A stretch of DNA of 64,000 bases from positions 64,001-128,000 of IMG/VR virus record IMGVR_UViG_3300024331_000152; one strand, given 5' to 3'. This DNA is from a virus. Lineage: Duplodnaviria; Caudoviricetes. Position 1 is the first letter of the stretch. Each line of letters starts with the position of its first letter. Below the pieces are notes generated by a model. The model made no database searches and was not told where the DNA came from. It saw only the letters and a program-made list of their open reading frames with translations. Below are positions 1-8,888 of the stretch, piece by piece. The translations under genes were made by a program, and so were the position numbers.

Positions 1-1
1 G

Positions 2-559
2 GACACGCGCCCCTCACAGCAAAACAAGACACAGCGAGAGGTTGGTACGCTCAAGCAGTCGAAAGAGCAGAATCGTGGACACGGCAACGAGGGCACCGAG
101 AGACAAGCTCAACCAGACAAGACGATGTGTGCAGAGTGCCGACAGGTCGATGGGCACACTGCCGACTGCCCGCAGGGAAAGAAGGCCGCAGCCGCTAAGA
201 AACCATCGTCCCGCGAGCGCTGGGAAAAGTCTGAAGGGCACGATCCGAAGATCCATATCAGCTTCGACGATGGCCTGCAACTCTTCGGCGTACAGAAGGA
301 CTTGAAGATCTCGGATGAGGATATCAAGGCATTCCTCGACCGCGAGTTTAAGGTCCAGCACCGCTACCTCATCCGGCAGGATCAGTTCCAGAACGTCCTC
401 AGTAAGCTGGCGGAAGTGTACGGCGAGAATCTTGATGCGGAACTAGAGGAAGAGCCCGAATCCGCCGAGGACGCGCCGCGCAATACCACAGCAGATGGCC
501 TGTTTGATGAACCATCTGGCAACAAGCTGTCAGGAAAGCGGCACAAAGACCCGGCGTAG
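2..559 (+). CDS. Partial CDS (5' end outside window), hypothetical phage protein with acidic C-terminus
   Basis: Frame is open from base 2 through ORF 125..559; CxxC-H-C motif; no family recognised. Confidence 0.6.
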   Translation, partial: DTRPSQQNKTQREVGTLKQSKEQNRGHGNEGTERQAQPDKTMCAECRQVDGHTADCPQGKKAAAAKKPSSRERWEKSEGHDPKIHISFDDGLQLFGVQKDLKISDEDIKAFLDREFKVQHRYLIRQDQFQNVLSKLAEVYGENLDAELEEEPESAEDAPRNTTADGLFDEPSGNKLSGKRHKDPA

Positions 560-567
560 GAGAAGTA

Positions 568-1382
568 TGACGAACAAAGAGCGAGCGGTCCGCTACCAAC
601 GGGCCGCTGAAGCATGCAAGAAGGCGCGAGAGAATCTGCCGCCATACCCAACGGCGCTACTAGATTCTCTTGGCGCTTGTCCGCTGGACAACAAGTATGC
701 GAAGTCGCCTCAACCGCAATTCCGAGGATGGACATGGTTTGTTGGTGGCTGTCCTGACGGGATGATTCCAAACAACGTCAGTGTGAGCCTTGAGAAAAGC
801 GAAGATTGGGATCAATATGTCCCCGACGACATCGATCTTGACGATATTCATTACATGGGGATGTGGCGCGGTCGTACGTCATCGAAAGATCGAATCATCT
901 ATTGCGTAATTCCGTCCTTCACACACGGTGAAGTCAGCCCGGGCGGCATAGTGGACGTCGGTGAAGAGAAGATCCGCATCGGGCAGTACACGCAGCAGGA
1001 GCTTGATGATCTAGTCCGTAAGGGTTGGGACATCATGCAGCAAATGATCAAAGAAAAGGGACGTTACGTTCCGGGAGGAATAAAAATGGGAAAGTCAGAA
1101 GTAGAAGAGATGCCATCGCCTAAACCAGCCGCATTTGTCGGCGCAAACAATCCCGCAATCGATGTGGATCATTTGTTCACCTACCACGCGCCGACGCCGG
1201 AACAGTTACCACGCTTCGCCTCGATCCGTGAAGGTGCCCGCATTTTTGCGCACATCATCCTAAACAACACGAAGCCGGGGCCGGATCAGACTTTTGCTAT
1301 TCGGCAGTTGGGCGACTGCGTGATGACCGCGAACAAGTCAATCGCACTGGAGCGCCCGCAACAAACACAGATAGTGAAATAA
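568..1382 (+). CDS. Hypothetical protein with C-terminal FTYHAP helical-hairpin domain (Acb2/Tad1-like candidate); possible in-frame second start at 1086
   Basis: SD AGGAG before ATG 568; GGAGG before in-frame ATG 1086; motif LFTYHAPTPEQ...AIRQLGDCVMTANKSIA. Confidence 0.6.
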
Positions 1383-1405
1383 TCCAGATTCTGGATCAAT
1401 ATTGA

Positions 1406-1479
1406 GGCGAGGCCCGGAAGGTGTGATGGGGAGAGGTGTGGCACTGTTACGCTAGGTCGGGATAGGCGCGGTGTGGTAA
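1406..1479 (+). ncRNA. Orphan GGY-NN pentamer tract (candidate guide RNA)
   Basis: Intergenic ggcga ggccc ggaa ggtgt gatgg ggaga ggtgt ggcac tgtta cgcta ggtcg ggata ggcgc ggtgt ggtaa, bracketed by the inverted repeat ATTGAGG (1401) / CCTCAAT (1491). Confidence 0.55.
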
Positions 1480-1524
1480 GTGGGCGGAGTCCTCAATCTC
1501 CGCCCACAAATTCGGGAGGGAAAA

Positions 1525-2187
1525 ATGGCAAGACCGATGATAGAAGCGGTGTCGATGCGCTATGAGTTTACAAAAGAAGAGCGCGGCGATTTGGGGGCTG
1601 AACTTGCTCAGGTATATCAGGAGCGAGCGAAGCTCGATGAAGATAGAAAATCTATGGCCGCTCAGTTGAAGGAGCGCGAAGCGGGGATGGAAAACCGCAT
1701 CGGCACTCTCTCTCGGCAGATTACCGCTGGACACGAAATGCGGACATACGACTGCACGTTGCGCTGGGACTCGCCAAACGTTGGCGAGGTTTCGTATTAC
1801 AACAGCGTAACCGGAGAATTTGTCAAAGCTAGGCCAATGACCGTGGCCGAGCGCCAGCTCGATCTCCCGCTCCAGACCGAGGAACAGACAAAGCAGAATG
1901 TCGTCTCGTTCTTCAAGAAGGGTGGCGAGGTTGTAGAGGGAGGCGCAAAGGAGGGCGAAGAGACGCCGGGAGGCTCCGATGCTCCACCGGAGACGCCGCA
2001 GCCGCAGGGTGAAGCTGTAGCGACGCAGAGCGGCCCACCAGAGCCGCCTGCCGACTGGCACGGAAGTCTTGAGGAATATTACGCGCATGTCGGATATAAA
2101 CCGGAGCCACCGAAGCCAGTTCTCCCGGCGCGCGGGAAGCGCCCGAAGAAAGGTGTTGACACGCCGCCAGAAACTACGGTTCAATGA
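1525..2187 (+). CDS. Hypothetical phage protein (N-terminal coiled coil, Pro-rich tail)
   Basis: SD GGAGGG upstream of ATG 1525 within ORF 1480..2187. Confidence 0.75.
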   Translation: MARPMIEAVSMRYEFTKEERGDLGAELAQVYQERAKLDEDRKSMAAQLKEREAGMENRIGTLSRQITAGHEMRTYDCTLRWDSPNVGEVSYYNSVTGEFVKARPMTVAERQLDLPLQTEEQTKQNVVSFFKKGGEVVEGGAKEGEETPGGSDAPPETPQPQGEAVATQSGPPEPPADWHGSLEEYYAHVGYKPEPPKPVLPARGKRPKKGVDTPPETTVQ

Positions 2188-2359
2188 AAGCTGCTCTGGT
2201 GAGTTAATCCCTCCAAGGTACCTCGCCCGCTAAGCGCCCGAAGGCCCCGTTCTCCTGTAACCTCGTCCCCCCGACAGGCTAAACAGAACGGGGCTTTCGC
2301 CTTTCCGGGTCTTCCACAATCAGGTACCTGTTTTGCAAACAATCCACAACAATTTTTGC

Positions 2360-2399
2360 TGTGGAAAACACTTGCGCGCAATTCTTGAATGCGTATGAT
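2360..2399 (+). promoter_or_regulatory. DnaA box plus sigma70-like promoter upstream of the replication initiator
   Basis: TGTGGAAAA (reverse complement TTTTCCACA) at 2360-2368; TTGCGC-N16-TATGAT at 2372-2399. Confidence 0.45.
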
Positions 2400-2575
2400 G
2401 GCTGAGTCAGGCCGTACAACCTGATGCCTCAAACAGCGAAGTCAGCATCCGCGCCGGTCGGGGTCGGCTCCAATCGACCCCACCACCTCGCACTGAATCC
2501 TGCGTGAGGACACTGGCGTGTGGATTAAGGCTGAACTTTGCTGGATAGCTTCCAGCGGAAAATTGAGGCAATCCT

Positions 2576-3469
2576 ATGCTTGACGCTCACAGAGCGCCAC
2601 AGGCACGCGCTAGTTTTTTGTCTTTTGAGGGATCGAAAGTGAATGAACTAAAAAAGCTACTTGATCGTCCCATTGCTTTTCATCGACCTTTCGTAAAAAT
2701 CACTGGCAGCGTTAATGGCGCGCTGATGCTTTCACAGGCTTTCTATTGGGCTAATCGCACCAACGATCCCGATGGTTGGTTTTACAAAACACAACAGGAA
2801 TGGGAAGAAGAGACCGGCCTCACCCGGCGAGAGCAGGATGGAGCAAGAGCGAAACTCCGCTCTGTTGGCGTCATCGAAGAAAAGCTCGTTGGGGTACCTG
2901 CGCGCCTCTATTACCGCGTGAATATGAAAGCTTTGGTTGAGGCTATGCACGAAACCGCCAAACTAGATGCACCGGACCCCCAGCCAGATGCACCAAACAG
3001 CCAAACTGTAGGCACCGAACCGCCAAACTCTATGCACGAAACCGCCAAACTATTAAAGAACAGAGACTACACAGAGACTACACAGAGACTACCTGACGCG
3101 GCAACTCCCGTGGAAAACCCAAAAAGCCCTCAGGTGCCTATCAAGTCTGAAATTACTTCGCATATGGTTGCGAAAGGCGTAATCGAAGAGCTAATGCTCG
3201 CAGGGAAAGATCTTGCAGTAAACCTTGAGGCAATTGCTCAGGCAGAACTAAAACGCGGCGGTAATCCAGACGACATCCGCGACCGTATGATCGCGGCGTG
3301 GCGGCTGTACGAACAGGAAAAGTCAAAGCTGGAGTACGTCAAGGGACCGGCAAAATTTTTCGGCGACGGCGACTGGCGAGATCCAAAGTCGTGGCCATAC
3401 CCGAAGGGATCGCGAAAAAAAGATCCTTTTGAAAATATGAAATTCATTAACTCTGGGGGGAAGAAGTGA
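2576..3469 (+). CDS. Phage replication initiator (N-terminal winged-HTH, lambda O-like position); true start probably GTG 2639
   Basis: LLDRPIAFH...ALMLSQAFYW...WFYKTQQEWEEETGLTR motif, internal iterons, upstream of DnaB. Confidence 0.8.
   Translation: MLDAHRAPQARASFLSFEGSKVNELKKLLDRPIAFHRPFVKITGSVNGALMLSQAFYWANRTNDPDGWFYKTQQEWEEETGLTRREQDGARAKLRSVGVIEEKLVGVPARLYYRVNMKALVEAMHETAKLDAPDPQPDAPNSQTVGTEPPNSMHETAKLLKNRDYTETTQRLPDAATPVENPKSPQVPIKSEITSHMVAKGVIEELMLAGKDLAVNLEAIAQAELKRGGNPDDIRDRMIAAWRLYEQEKSKLEYVKGPAKFFGDGDWRDPKSWPYPKGSRKKDPFENMKFINSGGKK
2943..3092 (+). repeat. Iteron cluster, likely replication origin inside the initiator gene
   Basis: 23-bp perfect direct repeat CTATGCACGAAACCGCCAAACTA (2943-2965, 3030-3052), several further CCAAAC cores, and ACAGAGACTAC x3 (3060-3092). 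Confidence 0.7.
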
Positions 3470-3690
3470 AATCGCGAGAGCCAATTAAGACGGCGATGAT
3501 TCGGCATAACGAAGGCATGATCCGGGATCTGATTCTGATGCCGGATACGCAAGATGCAACAAAACACGTACTGCTTGTCAGGCAGACAAAATTCAATGGC
3601 GATGACGGTTCTGTTTCATCGAAACGTATGACATTCACCGAAGAAGAGATGCTCATGATCGCCAACTTCTGGAGTACGCGGCATGAGTAG
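3466..3690 (+). CDS. Small hypothetical protein
   Basis: Overlaps the stop and start of the flanking rep and dnaB genes. Confidence 0.6.
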   Translation: MKSREPIKTAMIRHNEGMIRDLILMPDTQDATKHVLLVRQTKFNGDDGSVSSKRMTFTEEEMLMIANFWSTRHE

Positions 3691-6370
3691 GGACGACTAC
3701 GCCGTTCCAGATAAAGCGCCAGAGAAGCCGCCATCGCGGCGCAAGCGGCCTGCGCTGACAGATGGTGATGTATTGCACAACATCACGCTTCCGGCCAACA
3801 TCGATGCCGAGAAAACGATTCTTGGCGCGGTCTTCATGGACGAGGATTACATCTTCGAAGCCATCGAGAGGCTTCAACCTGAAGACTTTTCTCTTGACTC
3901 ACATAAGCGGATTTTTGCCTGCATGCTTAGCTTGTCGCGTGAGCGCGAGGCAATCGACATCGTCACAGTAAGTAACGATCTCTCAAAGAAAAAAGAGATC
4001 GAGTACATCGGCGGTGTGGCGTATCTTGCGTCTCTGTCGGAAGGTCTGCCAATGAGGCCACAGATCGACGACTATATCCGGATTGTGAAAGACAAGGCAA
4101 TGGCGCGCCGGTTGATTCACGTGTGTTCTAAAACAATCACGCAAGCCTCAGATCAATCAGAGCCATCATTGATCACAGCAAGCGCCCTAAGCGCTGGCCT
4201 TGAGGAAGTGATTTCAGGCAGCGTTCATCGCCGTCTCGTTCCTGTCGATGAAGCGACTATCGAAGTTCTCAACGACTTTGAGAAGCAAGCTCAGCTTACA
4301 GAGACTCCGGGGTTTAGTTGGGGCGTTGAGGGCCTTGACGAGGCGACAGGGGGCATCCAGCCCGGAGAACAAGCCGTTGTCGGCTGCTACTCTGGAGTCG
4401 GTAAGACGACGCTCCTCGCGCAGATCGTGGCCGCAAATTGTCTCAAGGGCCGCAAGATCGCGCTGTTTTTGATCGAGCCAACCAAGAAGACATTTCTTCG
4501 TCAGCTCTACGCTGTGCTTCATGGCATCCGCTACACGGCGTGTACGAAGCCATGGCTCGCTACATCACACGAGAAACAGCAGTTCCGCGACGCCGCGCGC
4601 TTCGTGGCGAATGAGTGGGCTAAGAGCCTATTCCTATTCGACGAACGCAACCTGACGCTTGACGAGGAGATTGCGCACGGTCGTCTGGCAATGCATCGCC
4701 ATGGCGTGGAGTTGATCGGGATCGACTACATCCAACGCATGCAGGTTCCCGCGACCGACAAGAATGAAGACATGCGGCTCCGAATGGGGCGCGCCAGTAT
4801 CGCGAATGCGGAACTAGTGAAGGATACTGGAGCCCGAACATTAGTCTTGTCGCAGTTGAATCGCGGGGGTAATCTTGAATCCGTTCCAACCATGAACATG
4901 CTGCGCGAGTGCGTACATGGCGATACGCGCGTAATTGACGCGGTGAGCGGCAGGCTATGGAAAGTGGCTGATCTTGAGGCTGGCGCGATGATTATGGCAG
5001 TAGATGATTGCCAACACGTTCGGCCTGCCAAAGTGAGTAAAGTGTGGAGTACCGGCGTAAAGCCAGTTTGGAAAGTTAAAACATCGACCGGAAAAACAAT
5101 CACATGCACAGCAAATCATCCACTTCGTTCAGCTACGGGGTGGAAAACTGTAAAAGAACTGCAAACAGGAGACTGCATTGCTTCTGCGATGTATATACCA
5201 GAGGCAAAGGAACCAGAAGATAATCACTATGACCTATGCAGGCTTCTCGGATATTTGACAGGAGATGGGAGCTACCTGCGCAGCAGATCAGTATCATTTA
5301 TTTCCAATGACACAGAGACGTTCGATGATGTGGAAGAAATTATGCTGAATTACTGGCCAAGCATTTCAGTGCATCGCAAAAAAAGTTCCCGATACCACGA
5401 GGCCAGCTTCACAATGGCGGGGAATGTGTCGAAAAATAACGGCAATCCTGTGCGAGTATTTCTTCAGGAAATTGGCGTATATGGGCAGCGTGACAGTGAA
5501 AAACATATTCCGGAGTACGTCTGGGCTCGCGGTAGAGAAGGTGCGCGGCAATTTTTAGCCGGTTATCTCGCCACGGACGGGTGCGTTAAAAAAGAAAAAT
5601 ACAACTCCGGGCTGACAGGATGGCGAGTTCACTTCGATAGCACCAGCTATCGGCTAGCGAGAGATATACAAACGCTCCTCCAAAGACTTGGAATAGTGTC
5701 TTCAATTTCAAACGGATACACTTCCAAGAAAGCAACAAAGCCACTCTATCGTGTGTACCTCAGTTCCTATAAACCAAATCTTTTATGGTTTGCCTCAACG
5801 ATTCCAGTGAGAGGTCGCAAAGCGGAGTTGTTGGCGTCAGCAGCGGCGTGGTGCGACAACACGAAGACAATAACCAATTCAGGCCCGTTCGGTCTTCCTC
5901 GTGAGATTAGCCGCTACGCGTCTATTCGTTACGCTGGCCTGTGGAAAGATCAAGGGAAAATGATGGACAGGGAAAGGGCCGCTGCGCTGGCATGTAAATT
6001 TTCAGATCAATGGCTATTGTCTTACGCCAAGAGCGATTTGTTATGGGAAAAAGTTGTTGCTATTGAACCGGCTGGAGAGGCTGAGGTGTACGATCTTACA
6101 GTGCCAGAAACGGGAGCGTTTTTAGCAGACGGTCTAGTTGCGCATAATAGTGGTCAGCTTGAGAATGACGCTACAACGATCTGCCTATTGCACCTCAAGT
6201 GGGATTCTGATCTCGGCCACTTCACAGATGAGGGAGCTGGGATCATCTGCAAGCAGCGCTTCGGGGTTCCGTGTAACGTGAAACTTTTCAAGGATTCAAA
6301 GACTGCAAAGTGGTGTTCCGGCGACAGGCCGGAAGGTGAAGTGGCGTACGAGCAGCCAAAGCTTTACTAG
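3683..6370 (+). CDS. dnaB: Replicative DnaB-family helicase with intein
   Basis: DnaB N-terminal domain (LPANIDAEKTILGA), Walker A GCYSGVGKT, IDYIQ, LSQLNR, LRE/SGQLENDA. Confidence 0.93.
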   Translation: MSRDDYAVPDKAPEKPPSRRKRPALTDGDVLHNITLPANIDAEKTILGAVFMDEDYIFEAIERLQPEDFSLDSHKRIFACMLSLSREREAIDIVTVSNDLSKKKEIEYIGGVAYLASLSEGLPMRPQIDDYIRIVKDKAMARRLIHVCSKTITQASDQSEPSLITASALSAGLEEVISGSVHRRLVPVDEATIEVLNDFEKQAQLTETPGFSWGVEGLDEATGGIQPGEQAVVGCYSGVGKTTLLAQIVAANCLKGRKIALFLIEPTKKTFLRQLYAVLHGIRYTACTKPWLATSHEKQQFRDAARFVANEWAKSLFLFDERNLTLDEEIAHGRLAMHRHGVELIGIDYIQRMQVPATDKNEDMRLRMGRASIANAELVKDTGARTLVLSQLNRGGNLESVPTMNMLRECVHGDTRVIDAVSGRLWKVADLEAGAMIMAVDDCQHVRPAKVSKVWSTGVKPVWKVKTSTGKTITCTANHPLRSATGWKTVKELQTGDCIASAMYIPEAKEPEDNHYDLCRLLGYLTGDGSYLRSRSVSFISNDTETFDDVEEIMLNYWPSISVHRKKSSRYHEASFTMAGNVSKNNGNPVRVFLQEIGVYGQRDSEKHIPEYVWARGREGARQFLAGYLATDGCVKKEKYNSGLTGWRVHFDSTSYRLARDIQTLLQRLGIVSSISNGYTSKKATKPLYRVYLSSYKPNLLWFASTIPVRGRKAELLASAAAWCDNTKTITNSGPFGLPREISRYASIRYAGLWKDQGKMMDRERAAALACKFSDQWLLSYAKSDLLWEKVVAIEPAGEAEVYDLTVPETGAFLADGLVAHNSGQLENDATTICLLHLKWDSDLGHFTDEGAGIICKQRFGVPCNVKLFKDSKTAKWCSGDRPEGEVAYEQPKLY
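4910..6148 (+). mobile_element. Intein (413 aa) with LAGLIDADG homing endonuclease
   Basis: Begins CVHGDT, block B TANHP, LLGYLTGDG and FLAGYLATDG motifs, ends VAHN followed by Ser. Confidence 0.93.
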
Positions 6371-6400
6371 CTTAGTCCGGGAGAAGACGAGGAGGGTACG

Positions 6401-7138
6401 ATGGAAATTGTCCACGTCTTGGACGAGAAACAACGTGCACTGGTACTCGAAAGCGGACGAGTGCTTGTGGAGAGCAATGTCACACTCCGTAACGTTTCAA
6501 AGCTGATCGCATGGCATGGTGGGTTCATTGAGCACCTCGCCGATCAAGGTGCTTGGGGAGTTCTCGGATTTGCCAATCAGCACGAGTTCCGGATCGCCAA
6601 AGGCTTCAGCCGGTCAAACTGGTATAGGTTGGTCGCTATAGGTCTGCGATTCCAGAAACTGGACTGTGACAGCTACCTCGCGATGTCAACAGAAAATGCG
6701 GAACGGTTAGGTTTGGAGCGGGAAGATGTTCGCCTCGATCCGGAAAATTTGCGCGCCGCTGCTGAAATGAAAACTTCCGACTTCGCCGACTACCTTGTTA
6801 CCAAGGGAGCCCACGCGGAAGGAAAGTCAAAATCTGAGAAGTGGGCGGAATGGAATTTCAAACTTCGAGCTGAGCAGAAGAAAGTCATGCAAGATGGGCT
6901 GCGCGGTTGGATGGTTGAGCATGAACTCGAAGATGAAACGTTCGCTCTTGAACTTCTAATTGCAGAATACCGCGACCGCCCAGCAATGACGACATTTATG
7001 CTTGATGCGAAAGATAAGCTCACGCAGGCGATTAAAGAAACTTCGGATCTCAGCAGTTTAAAACTGACCGTAGCAAATCACGTTTTAGAAATGGGTCATA
7101 TAATTGAAGTGTGCTGCGGTGAAGTAGACGCAGCATAG
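6401..7138 (+). CDS. Hypothetical protein
   Basis: 245-aa ORF with SD GGAGGG. Confidence 0.75.
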   Translation: MEIVHVLDEKQRALVLESGRVLVESNVTLRNVSKLIAWHGGFIEHLADQGAWGVLGFANQHEFRIAKGFSRSNWYRLVAIGLRFQKLDCDSYLAMSTENAERLGLEREDVRLDPENLRAAAEMKTSDFADYLVTKGAHAEGKSKSEKWAEWNFKLRAEQKKVMQDGLRGWMVEHELEDETFALELLIAEYRDRPAMTTFMLDAKDKLTQAIKETSDLSSLKLTVANHVLEMGHIIEVCCGEVDAA

Positions 7139-7140
7139 CC

Positions 7141-7205
7141 GCCGAGGTCAGGTGAGGTATGTCGTCGTGAGTTGACGCGAGGCGCGGCTGGGTGCGGTAT
7201 GGTTA
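7141..7205 (+). ncRNA. Orphan GGY-NN pentamer tract (13 pentamers; candidate guide RNA)
   Basis: gccga ggtca ggtga ggtat gtcgt cgtga gttga cgcga ggcgc ggctg ggtgc ggtat ggtta, followed by a terminator hairpin. Confidence 0.65.
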
Positions 7206-7207
7206 AA

Positions 7208-7235
7208 GAAAAGGGTGGCTTCGGCTACCCTTTTC
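7208..7235 (+). terminator. Intrinsic terminator-like hairpin
   Basis: GAAAAGGGTGGC-TTCG-GCTACCCTTTTC. Confidence 0.75.
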
Positions 7236-7267
7236 GGTTTAGATGGTTCGAGAGAGGAGACAGCGTA

Positions 7268-7549
7268 ATGCAATCAGTATCGCCTGTTCTAACGGAAAAG
7301 GAAGTAGAAACAGAGCAAGTCATTGCTCTGGACCAGAAGAGATACTACCCCATCATTGTCTGCCGATACGTATACCACGACAAAGATGGAAACCCGGATG
7401 GAGCCGCGAGTCTTACCCGGTATCGCTTCACTGATGAAGATCGCGCGCTGATTGCAAAAGGTGCCGACTTGATTCTCTCGCAGCCGCATCATGCGCAGAT
7501 GATGCCGGTAGGTTTGCAGCTAGCAATGCCAGATGAGTACCCAGTTTAG
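7268..7549 (+). CDS. Hypothetical protein
   Basis: SD GAGGAG before ATG 7268 (3' part of ORF 7172..7549). Confidence 0.65.
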   Translation: MQSVSPVLTEKEVETEQVIALDQKRYYPIIVCRYVYHDKDGNPDGAASLTRYRFTDEDRALIAKGADLILSQPHHAQMMPVGLQLAMPDEYPV

Positions 7550-7552
7550 TTC

Positions 7553-7581
7553 TTGACAAGTAATTACTGCCAGTATAGTGT
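7553..7581 (+). promoter_or_regulatory. Sigma70-type promoter of the RAMP-like operon
   Basis: TTGACA-N17-TAGTGT; palindrome AGTAATTACT in the spacer; ATG 7589 at the expected start site. Confidence 0.65.
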
Positions 7582-7588
7582 CTTCGGT

Positions 7589-7753
7589 ATGCCTCAGCGA
7601 GTCGTAAGGGTTACGATCTGGATTTGTCTGCGATGCGGTCACGAGTGGAGTAGTAAGGATGGTAGTAAGCCAGTCTGCTGTGGGAGCTGCAAATCGCCGT
7701 ATTGGGATCGTCCTAGACAATCCGCAAAACAAAAGGCTACCGGGGGGAAATAA
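7589..7753 (+). CDS. Small Zn-ribbon protein (probably leaderless)
   Basis: CLRCGHEW...PVCCGSCKSPYW; its TAA overlaps the next ATG. Confidence 0.7.
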   Translation: MPQRVVRVTIWICLRCGHEWSSKDGSKPVCCGSCKSPYWDRPRQSAKQKATGGK

Positions 7754-8421
7754 TGGCAACAAAGAAAGCGGCACCTGCGCCAACGCAGGATAGCAAGAGC
7801 GCTGTCGTACAAATCAAACCACCAAAGTTTCAGATTGGTGTTTTTAAAATCACTGGCACAGCACCGTTGGTGATGAACAAGTTTCCGCAAAAAGCCCTTG
7901 AGCAGATGGAAGACAAGCAGCGCGCAGGCAGTCAGGCGCGCAAGGGGCAAAAGAGAGAGTCGAAAGATTTCGAATCTCTCTATGAGGGCGCAAAACATAT
8001 CGCGCGGCAAGGCTGGTGTGGTATCCCAGCGTCGGCGTTCCGAAATGCAATGATCTCCGCCTGCCGTCTCGTTAATTTTAAAATGACACTCGCGAAGCTG
8101 ACGATCTTCATCGAAGCGGATGGTTTCGATAAAGACGAAGGCACGCCGCTGGTGCGGATCACATCCGGCAATCCGAAGCCAGTAAAGATGGCTGTCAGAA
8201 ATGCAACTGGCGTCTGTGATGTTCGTATCCGCCCGATGTGGGACGAATGGTCGGCTGTCCTGCGCATTCGTTTCGACAACGACCAATTCTCACTTACTGA
8301 CGTCGCCAACTTGCTGGACCGAGTTGGCCAGCAGGTCGGACTCTTGGAAGGCAGGCCCGACTCGAAGGCGTCGGCTGGCATGGGTTGGGGACTATTCAGA
8401 ATTGAGGAGGCTAAGAAATAA
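7753..8421 (+). CDS. RAMP/Cas7-like RNA-binding protein (Vipr-like effector 1)
   Basis: ITGTAPLVM strand, GIPASAFRNAMISA, RIRPMWDEW, C-terminal Gly-rich loop GQQVGLLEGRP...GMGWGLF; adjacent pentamer array. Confidence 0.7.
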   Translation: MATKKAAPAPTQDSKSAVVQIKPPKFQIGVFKITGTAPLVMNKFPQKALEQMEDKQRAGSQARKGQKRESKDFESLYEGAKHIARQGWCGIPASAFRNAMISACRLVNFKMTLAKLTIFIEADGFDKDEGTPLVRITSGNPKPVKMAVRNATGVCDVRIRPMWDEWSAVLRIRFDNDQFSLTDVANLLDRVGQQVGLLEGRPDSKASAGMGWGLFRIEEAKK

Positions 8422-8873
8422 TGGGCACACTCTCGGCGAGTACACCAATCATTGACGAACTTCGTGCAATCGCGGCAAAGCACGAAGGTCGTCTTCACGC
8501 AGAAGAAGTTGTCAAAGCCGCCCGTTCTCAGAATTCTCCTTTACATGACAAGTTCATGTGGGACGATACTGAAGCGGCTCATCAGTATCGCCTAGAGCAG
8601 GCGCGCCACTTAATCCGTACGACGATTCAGTACATCGATGTCGGCGGATCGCCGCGCCCCGTGAATGTATTTGTGAGTCTCAGTAGCGACCGTGAAGATG
8701 GCGGCGGCTACAGAGAGCTACAAACGGTTCTCAAAAAGAAAGAGCATCGAGAGGTTCTTCTCGCCGACGCTCTCAAAGAGATGCGGTCGTTTGTGGATCG
8801 GTATGAGACGATCAAGCGGCTCAGTAAGGTCGTCGGTGAAATGAAAAGAATCTTGAAGACAGTGGCAGCATAA
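8421..8873 (+). CDS. Accessory protein of the RAMP-like locus
   Basis: Translationally coupled (TAATG); SPLHDKFMWDDTEAAHQYRLEQARHLI motif; lies between effector and array. Confidence 0.75.
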   Translation: MGTLSASTPIIDELRAIAAKHEGRLHAEEVVKAARSQNSPLHDKFMWDDTEAAHQYRLEQARHLIRTTIQYIDVGGSPRPVNVFVSLSSDREDGGGYRELQTVLKKKEHREVLLADALKEMRSFVDRYETIKRLSKVVGEMKRILKTVAA

Positions 8874-8888
8874 GTACGTTCGGGTGCG

